Origin: a virus
IMG/VR virus record: IMGVR_UViG_2930936637_000001
Coordinates: 1,735 to 65,734 of that record
Strand: one strand, 5' to 3'
Length of the DNA: 64,000 nucleotides
Shown: in pieces, positions 1 to 8,232 of the stretch
How the letters are laid out: each line of letters opens with the position of its first letter
Numbering within the stretch: the first letter of the stretch is position 1
Position numbers and translations under genes: made by a program
Notes under the pieces: model-generated
Told to the model about the DNA's origin: nothing
Databases searched by the model: none
Seen by the model: only the letters and a program-made list of their open reading frames with translations

Positions 1-2
1 CA

Positions 3-998
3 ATTGAGGCAATTTTTAAATTTATCCAGAAGAAGGGCTTTACCGGCAGCTATACCCTCGTGAAAGATTATTGTCGCCAAACCCGCCGAGAACGAGTTAA
101 GAAAGCTACCATTCGGATTGAACATTCCCCTGGTCTCTCTGCTCAAGTTGACTGGAAAGAAGAAATGGCCCTAGTGAGCAGCGAGGGTGAGCTGTTTAAA
201 TTCAATATTTTCTTGTATGTATTGCCTTATTCAAAACTCAAATATATGACACTAACCTTTGATCGGAGCCAAGATACCCTCTTTTCTTGCTTACACGACG
301 CTTTCCTTCATACCGGAGGTATTCCGACGGAAATCTGGTTTGATAATATGAAAACCGTTGTGCATCATACAAAATCCCAGTTTGGCCACGCTGTCTTTAA
401 CGAACGGTTCCACGAATTCTGTAAAGATGCCGGTTTCACACCAATTGCTTGTCGACCATTCAGACCACAAACTAAAGGTGCAGTTGAAGCCCTTGCTCGC
501 ACGGTTGAACGTTTACGGCCATACAATACTGAATTTGCTGATGGAACTGAGCTAATCGAACTAGTTCATATGCTCCGAGATGATCTAAATCATGAAACTT
601 CGCAGGCCACGGACGAAGTCCCGTACCTGAAATGGTTAGACGAAGAAAAAGAGTACCTTCATCGCGTTCCAGTTAATCTCCTTGAACCATACTTCGAAGA
701 AAACATTACCCGTGTCGTTTCGAAGGAGGCCATGATCAATTTCCGCAAATGTAAGTACTCAGTAGATCCGCGATACATTGGTTGTACGGTTGCTGTTGAA
801 ATCTCCAATGATGAGCAGCGCATCCACATTTATTATAACGGAGAAGAAATTCGTACGCACTCCATAACTACCAATTCGCTGAATTATGACCCCCAAGATC
901 AGTTCAATATCCTCAAATCTGATTTGCTTAAAGGGCGGACAGATGAAGACATTTCAGCTTACATTCGTGAACATATGACTGATTACGACAACTTATAG
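3..998 (+). CDS. istA: IS21 DDE transposase, 5'-truncated by window edge
   Basis: Frame open from base 3 (IEAIFKFIQKKGFTGSYTLVKDY); QVDW, WFDNMK, KGAVE DDE motifs. Confidence 0.93.
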   Translation: MEAIFKFIQKKGFTGSYTLVKDYCRQTRRERVKKATIRIEHSPGLSAQVDWKEEMALVSSEGELFKFNIFLYVLPYSKLKYMTLTFDRSQDTLFSCLHDAFLHTGGIPTEIWFDNMKTVVHHTKSQFGHAVFNERFHEFCKDAGFTPIACRPFRPQTKGAVEALARTVERLRPYNTEFADGTELIELVHMLRDDLNHETSQATDEVPYLKWLDEEKEYLHRVPVNLLEPYFEENITRVVSKEAMINFRKCKYSVDPRYIGCTVAVEISNDEQRIHIYYNGEEIRTHSITTNSLNYDPQDQFNILKSDLLKGRTDEDISAYIREHMTDYDNL

Positions 999-1007
999 GA
1001 GGCTACC

Positions 1008-1745
1008 ATGACCACTAATAATCAAATTCTTTTAAATAATCTTGAGCGCTTAGGGTTAAACAAAATCCGTGAATACTTGCCGAATTACCTTGATCAAATT
1101 CACACTGATAATCTGTCATTAACTGAGGCGCTAATTGATTTAACTAATTCGGAACTCCAGAATCGACACGAAGGTCAGATTGCACGGGCCATTGGCCGTG
1201 CTCGGTTCCCCAATACAAAATCCCTAGATACATTTGATTTTAGCTTTCAACCCAGTATTAATCGCCAAGAGGTTCTGGAATTCCAGAATCTGGCTTTTAT
1301 GGAAAAGTCTGAAAACTTAATCTTTATTGGCAATCCGGGAGTCGGTAAAACCCACTTGGCAATTAGTATTGGGATTGAGGCCTGTAAACAGGGCTGTCGG
1401 GTTCTCTTTATTAATTGTCATGAGCTGTTGATTAGATTGAGAGCAGCTTACGAAAAAGGACTGCTTGATCGATCTCTAAGCCGCTATTCGCGCTATGACC
1501 TATTAATTATTGATGAAATTGGGTATTTGCCAATTGGTCACCAAGAAGCTAACCTCTTATTTCAGCTAGTCAATGCCCGCTATGAAAAGCATTCAACGAT
1601 CATTACCAGCAATAGTGATCTATCCGCTTGGGTTGATATTTTCCAGAACCCAACTGTGACAGCAGCCATTCTCGATCGCTTGGTTCATCATGTTCACGTA
1701 GTGAAGATCACTGGTAAATCTTACCGATTACGTGGCCTCAAGTAA
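1008..1745 (+). CDS. istB: IS21 helper ATPase
   Basis: Walker A GNPGVGKT, Walker B LLIIDE, ILDRLVHH; RBS GGAGG. Confidence 0.95.
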   Translation: MTTNNQILLNNLERLGLNKIREYLPNYLDQIHTDNLSLTEALIDLTNSELQNRHEGQIARAIGRARFPNTKSLDTFDFSFQPSINRQEVLEFQNLAFMEKSENLIFIGNPGVGKTHLAISIGIEACKQGCRVLFINCHELLIRLRAAYEKGLLDRSLSRYSRYDLLIIDEIGYLPIGHQEANLLFQLVNARYEKHSTIITSNSDLSAWVDIFQNPTVTAAILDRLVHHVHVVKITGKSYRLRGLK

Positions 1746-1804
1746 CTGCCGAAAACCTACATTTCTTTCTGCCGAAAACCTACATTTTTAAACTGCCCTT
1801 GACA
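1746..1804 (+). repeat. IS21 right terminal region with subterminal repeats
   Basis: CTGCCGAAAACCTACATTT at 1746-1764 and 1769-1787, then TTGACA end. Confidence 0.85.
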
Positions 1805-1806
1805 GT

Positions 1807-1908
1807 GTGGCGGCTGAACGAACCGACGTTGTGTTAGGGACTACTTGGAATGGGACAGCAGTTGTTATTAATCCAACCAATATCTTATACGCAACACCCG
1901 TTAAATAA
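1807..1908 (+). pseudogene. Probable 3' remnant of a gene interrupted by IS21
   Basis: Open frame VAAERTDVVLGTTWNGTAVVINPTNILYATPVK* from the IS end to a terminator. Confidence 0.4.
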
Positions 1909-1952
1909 CTAAAACCGGTCGCTAGTTGATGCTGGCGACCGGTTTTAGTTAT
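1905..1952. terminator. Bidirectional intrinsic terminator
   Basis: ATAACTAAAACCGGTCGC / GCGACCGGTTTTAGTTAT inverted repeat. Confidence 0.8.
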
Positions 1953-2103
1953 CTGGATTTAGTGATACTGGGTTGAAACAATGCGGTTTGGTGATGCTGC
2001 TTGCCTGAATATCTATTTCCAGTGTGTTTCGAACATTTAATTGACTAGCCTGACACTCAAATTAGACTTTACTTTCTTTCATTTCCAAATATAGCCGTAC
2101 TGC

Positions 2104-2541
2104 TTAACCAAGATATACTGACGACTCCCCTAAACTCATTTTGGTTTTCTTACCAATGAGAAAGACATCTGCATAATGAGAGTGGCTACTATTTTTCTTT
2201 AGCAGAACTGTTCGTTTCTTTCCAGAAACCTTCCGCTTAGTTACTTTGTAAGTAGGGTTATTGTTCCCTGTATAACCGATCTGATACCATCCCTTGGATT
2301 TCTTAATAACTTGCAAATCTTTCCCAGAAATTTTGTGATGAAAGGCTTTGCTACCAGAGTCCATCGCATGGCTCTTTAATTTTATGAACATTGGATCCTT
2401 AACGTTTTTTAGCGGCTGATACCACTCATGCCTAAGTGACTTAGGAACCGTACTACTGGCCTCAGCAGCATAACCCGTCACCATGCAAAATGCCAGAGCA
2501 GTTGTTAAAACCAACACAATAGTCTTCGTAATCTTATTCAT
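2104..2541 (-). CDS. Secreted basic hypothetical protein (host side)
   Basis: N-terminal signal peptide, Lys-rich mature part, RBS and own promoter. Confidence 0.8.
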   Translation of the reverse strand: MNKITKTIVLVLTTALAFCMVTGYAAEASSTVPKSLRHEWYQPLKNVKDPMFIKLKSHAMDSGSKAFHHKISGKDLQVIKKSKGWYQIGYTGNNNPTYKVTKRKVSGKKRTVLLKKNSSHSHYADVFLIGKKTKMSLGESSVYLG

Positions 2542-2574
2542 CCTTATCTCCCTGTATACGGATTTACTATTTAA

Positions 2575-2603
2575 AACATACCTAAAATAGATTTTGTTGT
2601 CAA
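2575..2603 (-). promoter_or_regulatory. SigA promoter for 2104..2541
   Basis: TTGACA-N17-TATGTT on minus strand. Confidence 0.6.
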
Positions 2604-2851
2604 TGATTTCTCAGATATTGGATATAACATTTGCAATAATCAGTCCTTGACGATGCAACAATGTCGTTCATATCTGATGAGCGTAGGATGTAGGCTACGT
2701 TAAAGAAAAGTAATCTTCTGGACGATTATTATCTCGTGTATCCATTTATTACCGCTAATGGATAATTTTTAGGAGCTATTAAGTGACCAAGTAAGAGTGT
2801 TCTAAAAACGTTCTCAATTCATATATTTTCTCCTACTTTTTAACGAGTTAT

Positions 2852-2903
2852 AAAAAATAGGAACCTCGCTAAACGTTGATTTAACGGGATTCCTATTTTT
2901 ATT
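2852..2903 (-). terminator. Host hairpin terminator downstream of the att core (likely original tRNA terminator)
   Basis: AAAAATAGGAA...TTCCTATTTTT stem flanked by A/T tracts. Confidence 0.6.
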
Positions 2904-2924
2904 ATACTTCTTACGCGGTTTAAA

Positions 2925-2938
2925 AAGGAGAGTACAGG
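2925..2938. repeat. attL core AAGGAGAGTACAGG
   Basis: Exact point where identity to 48872 onward begins; minus strand CCTGTACTCTCCTT resembles the T-stem/acceptor 3' end of a tRNA starting GGAGAGT (tRNA-Ser). Confidence 0.85.
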
Positions 2939-3010
2939 TCTTAAATCTATTGTCGTCAAGAATACCTACAACACCCTTTTTATAGCCATTAATCGACTCT
3001 TGTTAATTTC

Positions 3011-3033
3011 TTTGGCTACGGATTTGGCTACGG
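3011..3033 (+). repeat. Integrase arm-type sites (tandem TTTGGCTACGG)
   Basis: Two copies at 12-bp period; same motif at 48751-48771 and 48958-48980. Confidence 0.7.
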
Positions 3034-3057
3034 TTATTCTCAAATAACGATGTTTAT

Positions 3058-3086
3058 TTGATTTTCAGAACGTTTGTTCGTATAAT
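3058..3086 (+). promoter_or_regulatory. SigA promoter overlapped by a LexA (Cheo) box
   Basis: TTGATT-N17-TATAAT with AGAACGTTTGTTCG (GAAC-N4-GTTC) at 3067-3080. Confidence 0.8.
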
Positions 3087-3105
3087 TAAATGTGAGGTGA
3101 TAGCC

Positions 3106-3363
3106 ATGGAACAACAACCACTTAATGGAACCCTTGAAAGCGATCCCCGAACTATCAAGCTAAGCCCCCTGCTCCTTTATGTAAAGATACGTGACTCCAA
3201 AACAAGCGAGCTAGTCAATTGTTTGGTACATGCTCACGCTTTGGATTTTCTTTATCGTGCAGAGAAAGGATCAACTGTTGCTCTGTTTGGGCATTACAAT
3301 AGTAGAAAACAGTTTGTGATCACCAAATACGCATTCTGCGCTACAACTGTGACTACAGCATAA
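3106..3363 (+). CDS. Small SOS-linked hypothetical protein, OB-fold-like (85 aa)
   Basis: ATG 3106 after GAGGTG RBS; VNCLV and VALFGHYNSRKQFVI pattern. Confidence 0.7.
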   Translation: MEQQPLNGTLESDPRTIKLSPLLLYVKIRDSKTSELVNCLVHAHALDFLYRAEKGSTVALFGHYNSRKQFVITKYAFCATTVTTA

Positions 3364-3383
3364 TGATGATGAGGTGATATTTA

Positions 3384-3731
3384 GTGATACAAATAGAGAA
3401 TGATGCAAAGATTATCAATAAGCGAATCGACGCTAGTTTTAAACGGCTCATCAACACGCGTTATCAAATTAATGTAGTTTTCAACCATTACTCCAACACA
3501 TTCAATTTTCTTATGTACGTAGCTCATCCTAAAAAGCGTTCTCGATCGATCCCCTTGCACACTGTAGAAACAGATGATCTTGTCTATCTGGAATCCCTAA
3601 TCAAACGAATTCGCGCACACACCCAACTGACCATCACTTACACTGGATTTGTCGGCGAGAAGTGGCCATCAGACTTGCGGCCTATTCAGAGAACAGTAGG
3701 CGTTCATGAAGACAAACAGTATCTAAAATAA
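3384..3731 (+). CDS. Hypothetical protein, second gene of LexA-boxed operon
   Basis: GTG start after GAGGTG; followed by terminator. Confidence 0.75.
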   Translation: MIQIENDAKIINKRIDASFKRLINTRYQINVVFNHYSNTFNFLMYVAHPKKRSRSIPLHTVETDDLVYLESLIKRIRAHTQLTITYTGFVGEKWPSDLRPIQRTVGVHEDKQYLK

Positions 3732-3764
3732 GATCAGTCCCATTGTGATACTGATCTTATTTTT
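3725..3764 (+). terminator. Intrinsic terminator
   Basis: AAAATAAGATCAGT / ACTGATCTTATTTT stem plus T tract. Confidence 0.8.
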
Positions 3765-3814
3765 AGTTTTTCGGAACTATCTAAATGCTATACTTAGCTT
3801 AGGGGGGAATTACA

Positions 3815-4183
3815 ATGAAATTTGATTACAAATATGCGCTAATAAATTCTTCGGTATTGATACCATTCGCAATGTTTTTTGGCACAGCTTCTTGTATTTC
3901 GTCTGCCACCCTACTGGCATGCTATGCTATTACTCTAGCCATTTTGTATTGTATTTACTATGTTAAATTAGAAGTTCCTTTGAAAAAGAAGCATCCTTCA
4001 CTTTATGAATCTAATAGAACAACTCCAACGGCGGTTACAAACCTAATAGTCTTCTTAACTGTTTTGTTGGTAATTTTTTTTATAAGTGTTAACTCCTCTG
4101 GTGCCTGGATTTTTCCATCCATATTACTTATTAGATGGGTTAGAGATGGATTTTCAAAGCCATTGGAAAAGTGGTGTTCCTAG
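3815..4183 (+). CDS. Small multi-pass membrane protein (moron)
   Basis: About 4 hydrophobic segments; AT-rich; GGGGGA RBS. Confidence 0.75.
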   Translation: MKFDYKYALINSSVLIPFAMFFGTASCISSATLLACYAITLAILYCIYYVKLEVPLKKKHPSLYESNRTTPTAVTNLIVFLTVLLVIFFISVNSSGAWIFPSILLIRWVRDGFSKPLEKWCS

Positions 4184-4316
4184 ATGATGGATTCATAAAT
4201 ACACCTTTTATGGCAAACTGTAAAAGCCACACATGCGATGTTAATAGTTTGCCTTTTTATTTGAAAAATGACAACACAAAAAGCCACCCACCTCCTAAGA
4301 GATGAGTGGCCTTTAA

Positions 4317-4922
4317 CTATCTGTCTAATTCTGACACAATATTTAACACAACGCTAATAGGAATAAACATTGGGTATGCACACAACATTATATCAACCTT
4401 ATCATAGTCCTTATGCAGGTACCCGAAATGGTACTTTTGATAAAATTCAACTGCTCCTGCCAATGCAGAAACCGTAATTCCCGTCGTACCTATCCCCAAT
4501 GAAAATCTTACATTTATAACAGTTCGGAATAAGTCTAACAACATGTTAGCCCCGTAATCTTGGCCCTGAAATCTTTTGTTTACACCAAGCCATGCAATTT
4601 CAATTGCAGGGTAAGAGATTGTCCTCATATCGTCTTCATCATCAGTACTAATTGTCTTAAAAATTTTCATATCCTGATATCCTTTAACCTCAACGATACT
4701 GCTGGTCAGGGAATAAAACCCGGCAATATCAGATTTATCATCTGAATAAAAGACAGTTGTAGAAAACAAATTCTTCTGTTCCTTATCAATTGCATCATTT
4801 TGCAAGAAATTATTAACGGATTCTTCTCCACAATCAAAATTATCCAGAGACTTGATATTTTGAACATCTAAAATGTTCGAACTAACGAGCTTCAAACTTG
4901 TGTGTTGCCTTTCTAAAGGCAT
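4317..4922 (-). CDS. GNAT acetyltransferase of TA-toxin type
   Basis: FDCGEESVNNFL, IAGFYSL, YPAIEIAWLGVNKRFQGQDYG, AVEFYQKYHF motifs. Confidence 0.85.
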   Translation of the reverse strand: MPLERQHTSLKLVSSNILDVQNIKSLDNFDCGEESVNNFLQNDAIDKEQKNLFSTTVFYSDDKSDIAGFYSLTSSIVEVKGYQDMKIFKTISTDDEDDMRTISYPAIEIAWLGVNKRFQGQDYGANMLLDLFRTVINVRFSLGIGTTGITVSALAGAVEFYQKYHFGYLHKDYDKVDIMLCAYPMFIPISVVLNIVSELDR

Positions 4923-5064
4923 TCACCGCCTGATTAATTTCCACTCGTTGGACAATGGTTTCATTATCCTTGCGAGGCATGATTGTGCTTAATACATCTT
5001 TAAGCTCACCAGAACTGTTAACATGAATTACATGTTTAAATCCATTACCCTGAATAGCAGCCAT
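4882..5064 (-). CDS. 60-aa putative antitoxin/partner overlapping the GNAT start
   Basis: ATG 5064 after GGAGGGA RBS; 41-nt overlap with GNAT gene. Confidence 0.6.
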   Translation of the reverse strand: MAAIQGNGFKHVIHVNSSGELKDVLSTIMPRKDNETIVQRVEINQAVNAFRKATHKFEAR

Positions 5065-5135
5065 AGTAATCCCTCCAATCACAATACTAATGCGCTACTA
5101 AAGAAGACAATTTTACTCCATTGCTTCTATAAATA

Positions 5136-5165
5136 AGTATAGACGATAGTATCAGCAATTGTAAA
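5136..5165 (-). promoter_or_regulatory. Putative own promoter of the GNAT pair
   Basis: TTTACA-N18-TATACT on minus strand. Confidence 0.45.
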
Positions 5166-5215
5166 CAACTTGCTTAAATTCTTTATCAATTTGCTCACAA
5201 TTATTATCTTTTTCT

Positions 5216-6268
5216 TCATTTGACAAAACTATTGATTTGTTTGTTCCCACTGATATACATACCGTTTGCCAGACAGATTCGTGACGTATCCCCATATTCC
5301 ACAACCTCCGTCACATCAAACTCAGTCCCAGCTGGTTGCCAGTCCACAACATGCTTGAGGGCTTTGTCCTTGTAACGATGAGTACCGCGAACAGACTTCA
5401 CTCGTTTGACGCCGCCATCAACGGAATAATATAAGCGATTAACGTTGGCTTGGTTAGACGTGATGTAATAACCGTTGGCCAACTGGAATCGGGTAATTTT
5501 ACCGTAGTTAATCACTTTGGCAATCGCAAATACGGTGCCAGCCGGGAAGTTGTCCACTTTGTGTTTAAAGGCAATGTCCTTGTAACGATTAATCGGGGTT
5601 CGGGCATAGATCATTTTGGGATTGTATCGGTAATAGATGGCCTTCTTCGGCTTAGCTGCCTTAGTTGCGGTGCCATAGTATAAGTTTGAGTACATTTGGG
5701 ATACATCAAATGTCCCATAGCAACCTGGGAAGTGCATGCTTGATGTCCACTGCCAGCCATTATATCCGGTATAGAGCTTGAAGCCTGACGGGTTATAAGG
5801 ATAGTTAGCCACCCAACCGCCCCGACCAGTTGTATTCAAAGGCACTGAATTAATCCAACTGCCCATCGTATAGACGTCCGTCTTAGGATAGCCCATGCGA
5901 TGAACTTCGTTGATCCAAGCCTTAACAATTTTGGAGTTCTGATTCCAACCTGAGTTGGTGGCTTCAAAATCAAGTACGATCACGCTGTTTTTACCTAATC
6001 CTGCCTTAAGTGCACTCCGGGCTGCCATCTGGGCTTCGGCCTTAGCTCCAGCCACTGTTGTAAATCGGGCAAAATGATAGCCGTTGACGTGTAAGCCAGC
6101 AGATACCGCGTTACGAATGCTCGGCTTGGCCGTTTGGTCAGTGAAGTACGTGCCCTCGGATAGCTTAGCTATCATGGCTTTGACGCCATACTTTTTCATC
6201 GAACGCCAATTGGCAACGGTCATGATCCCATTGTTATTAGAAGTATCCACAACATCATAATGTGGCAT
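5216..6268 (-). CDS. Endolysin, GH25 muramidase with two C-terminal DUF5776-like binding repeats
   Basis: DTS, VLDFE, FDVS GH25 motifs; duplicated RYKD-x-FK/LK...PAGT-F repeat. Confidence 0.92.
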   Translation of the reverse strand: MPHYDVVDTSNNNGIMTVANWRSMKKYGVKAMIAKLSEGTYFTDQTAKPSIRNAVSAGLHVNGYHFARFTTVAGAKAEAQMAARSALKAGLGKNSVIVLDFEATNSGWNQNSKIVKAWINEVHRMGYPKTDVYTMGSWINSVPLNTTGRGGWVANYPYNPSGFKLYTGYNGWQWTSSMHFPGCYGTFDVSQMYSNLYYGTATKAAKPKKAIYYRYNPKMIYARTPINRYKDIAFKHKVDNFPAGTVFAIAKVINYGKITRFQLANGYYITSNQANVNRLYYSVDGGVKRVKSVRGTHRYKDKALKHVVDWQPAGTEFDVTEVVEYGDTSRICLANGMYISGNKQINSFVK

Positions 6269-6786
6269 TACTTTGCATCTCCCTCCGTAGTAGCCGTCTT
6301 TTCAGGCACATCTAAGGGTGCTGGGTCAGCGGTCACTGTCGCAGCTTGCTTGTCCAGTTGTGCTTGCTTATCAGCGAACGCTTGCTCTGTGTCCGCCAGA
6401 GCGACATTGTATTCAGCCTGTTTTGCTTGGGCTTTCGTATCTGTTGTCGTCATAGACTGATATGCTTTTTCGATGGCTGCTGAAATAATTGCCGGTGCCA
6501 GACTGTCATGACCAAATACTTTCATTTGGCCTGTTACATCAGCAATCGCCTGCTCACGCTTTTCTTCCCCTGGCATTTCATAATTAACGGCCGCCTTGTT
6601 GACAGCATTGAAAGCCAATGTGTCTAGCAGGCTTAGAACTTCACGTTGGGTAGCGGACTTGTTCGCCGCAATCTTGGTCTTCAAGGCTGGATTGATCCGG
6701 GTAAACCAGCCAACCAGGGCAAAAATTAAGACACCTAAGATACCGGTGTCGTTGAGTAATTTAATAATCTTCGTAAATTCAGTCAT
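6268..6786 (-). CDS. Holin (LL-H family-like)
   Basis: N-terminal TM, GEEKREQA and IEKAY pattern, coupled to lysin. Confidence 0.8.
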   Translation of the reverse strand: MTEFTKIIKLLNDTGILGVLIFALVGWFTRINPALKTKIAANKSATQREVLSLLDTLAFNAVNKAAVNYEMPGEEKREQAIADVTGQMKVFGHDSLAPAIISAAIEKAYQSMTTTDTKAQAKQAEYNVALADTEQAFADKQAQLDKQAATVTADPAPLDVPEKTATTEGDAK

Positions 6787-6797
6787 GCTTTTTCCTC

Positions 6798-7160
6798 CTA
6801 AAGTTCGCCATACCGTTCCCGGTACGCTTGATTCTCACGTTCTAAAGCGGCATTGCGTTTTCGTAAAGCTTCATTCTCGCTAACCTTCAGGGCAATTTGC
6901 TGGTTAAGTTCTTGTTCCATCGCATCTTTCTTAGCTTTTAATTCGTTCAGATCTTTTGCAAATTGTGCTTGATCACTCTCGCGTTCTTTACGAAGCAATT
7001 CGTTATCGGCTTTGACTTGTTCCATAATGTACTTCTCTATGCCCTGACGATCACGATCAGCCTGCCGTGTATCAGAGTGGTAGCCATGAATAACAGCCCA
7101 TATAGTAGTTACGAACGTTCCCAATGCGCCTAAAGCAACTGCCCAGGACTTAATATCCAT
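6798..7160 (-). CDS. Lysis-module membrane-anchored coiled-coil protein
   Basis: N-terminal TM plus coiled coil. Confidence 0.7.
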   Translation of the reverse strand: MDIKSWAVALGALGTFVTTIWAVIHGYHSDTRQADRDRQGIEKYIMEQVKADNELLRKERESDQAQFAKDLNELKAKKDAMEQELNQQIALKVSENEALRKRNAALERENQAYRERYGEL

Positions 7161-7581
7161 GTGTGTCCCCCCTAATCAACGTACCGACTAGTAAGAACAG
7201 CATGAGCAAAGCAAATACCCACGTAAGGTTAAACCGCACATCAAACAAGCCCCGAACAATAAAAGCCACTGATAAGGCCCCCAATGCCGGTGATAGTGCA
7301 ACTAAGCCACCATCGCGAAACAACCGTCGGTTGTGAAAGACGCCAACCAGAATAGCGATGCCGCAGATAATTAACCACAATGAAAACCACCAGTCATCAG
7401 CAAAGGCAAAGATTGCATGTTCAGCTGGTGAAGGTGGTGGCGGTGGTGTTACTCGTGGATCATCTAAATAACCTTGATGAAACCAAATATAAAAACCGCC
7501 TATCATTGAAAACAGGCCAAAACAAAAATGATTCCAATGCGAAAAGGCCCGTTGAACCGGGCCATCTTTAATACGATGCAT
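7150..7581 (-). CDS. Lysis-module membrane protein (143 aa)
   Basis: ATG 7581 after GGAGG; about 4 TM segments. Confidence 0.7.
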   Translation of the reverse strand: MHRIKDGPVQRAFSHWNHFCFGLFSMIGGFYIWFHQGYLDDPRVTPPPPPSPAEHAIFAFADDWWFSLWLIICGIAILVGVFHNRRLFRDGGLVALSPALGALSVAFIVRGLFDVRFNLTWVFALLMLFLLVGTLIRGDTHGY

Positions 7582-7606
7582 GCTTACGCCTCCAAAATAA
7601 AAGCAC

Positions 7607-7774
7607 CTAGGCGGTTGTGGTATCCGTCGTCGGTGCTGTGTAGTCCTTACCTGTAAGTTCTTTGTACTGCTCCGGTGTGATACACCAATTGACCATATAG
7701 CCAATGTCTAAGCCCCATGAAGCATACAATGTAGCATCGTTAATATTAGGTGATGAAAATGGATTGTTTCCCAT
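7607..7774 (-). CDS. XkdX-family small protein (55 aa, absent from ORF track)
   Basis: MGNNPF...CITPEQYKELTGKDY...; GGAG RBS; typical position after tail fibre genes. Confidence 0.8.
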   Translation of the reverse strand: MGNNPFSSPNINDATLYASWGLDIGYMVNWCITPEQYKELTGKDYTAPTTDTTTA

Positions 7775-7785
7775 AATAGTTTCTC

Positions 7786-8214
7786 CTATTCTGCCTTAGC
7801 TGTGATTTGTTTTTGAACAGCTACAATTTGCTGTGACAGGCTGACGAATTGCTTTTGAAATTGATCTTGCGTAGTAACAAATTGCTGCTGGGCTTCTACT
7901 TGAGCCTTTGTGGCACTTCCCAATGCTGTTTGCAAGCCTTCGATGGTTTTGGCCTGCTTTTCGGCTTGCTCACCCTGCTGGTCAATCAATCCTTGTAAGT
8001 AGTCAATATCCAAATTGGGTAAGTTACCCGGAGCTGTGACTTCTTGCGAATCATTACTCTTGAATGCGTACATCCACCAGTAGCGAGTGAAGTATTGAAT
8101 CGAGGTGGTCGGGATATTCACCGCCCGTAGGCCGTCCGTCTGTTCAAGTACGGGCGTAGTGTCCTTATCCGGAAATTGGTTGTCTGCATCTGGTTTTACG
8201 TAATAAATTGGCAT
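7786..8214 (-). CDS. Tail-fibre-associated hypothetical protein
   Basis: Position before XkdX; C-terminal Gln-rich coiled coil. Confidence 0.65.
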   Translation of the reverse strand: MPIYYVKPDADNQFPDKDTTPVLEQTDGLRAVNIPTTSIQYFTRYWWMYAFKSNDSQEVTAPGNLPNLDIDYLQGLIDQQGEQAEKQAKTIEGLQTALGSATKAQVEAQQQFVTTQDQFQKQFVSLSQQIVAVQKQITAKAE

Positions 8215-8232
8215 CTTTGTTCCTCCTTATTT

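Larger units (their letters stand above)
1..1804 (+). mobile_element. IS21-family insertion sequence (left end outside window)
   Basis: istA-istB pair; ends ...CTGCCCTTGACA (CA terminus at 1804) after two 19-bp direct repeats. Confidence 0.93.

Noticed and set aside
2664-2725. Active canonical hammerhead ribozyme
   Set aside because: Has CUGAUGA but UAAA instead of GAAA, and no UH site with a correctly paired stem I; kept only as a low-confidence structured element.
2790-2924. Arm of an older integrated element left of attL
   Set aside because: The hairpin is explained more simply as the host tRNA terminator, and no integrase remnant lies upstream.
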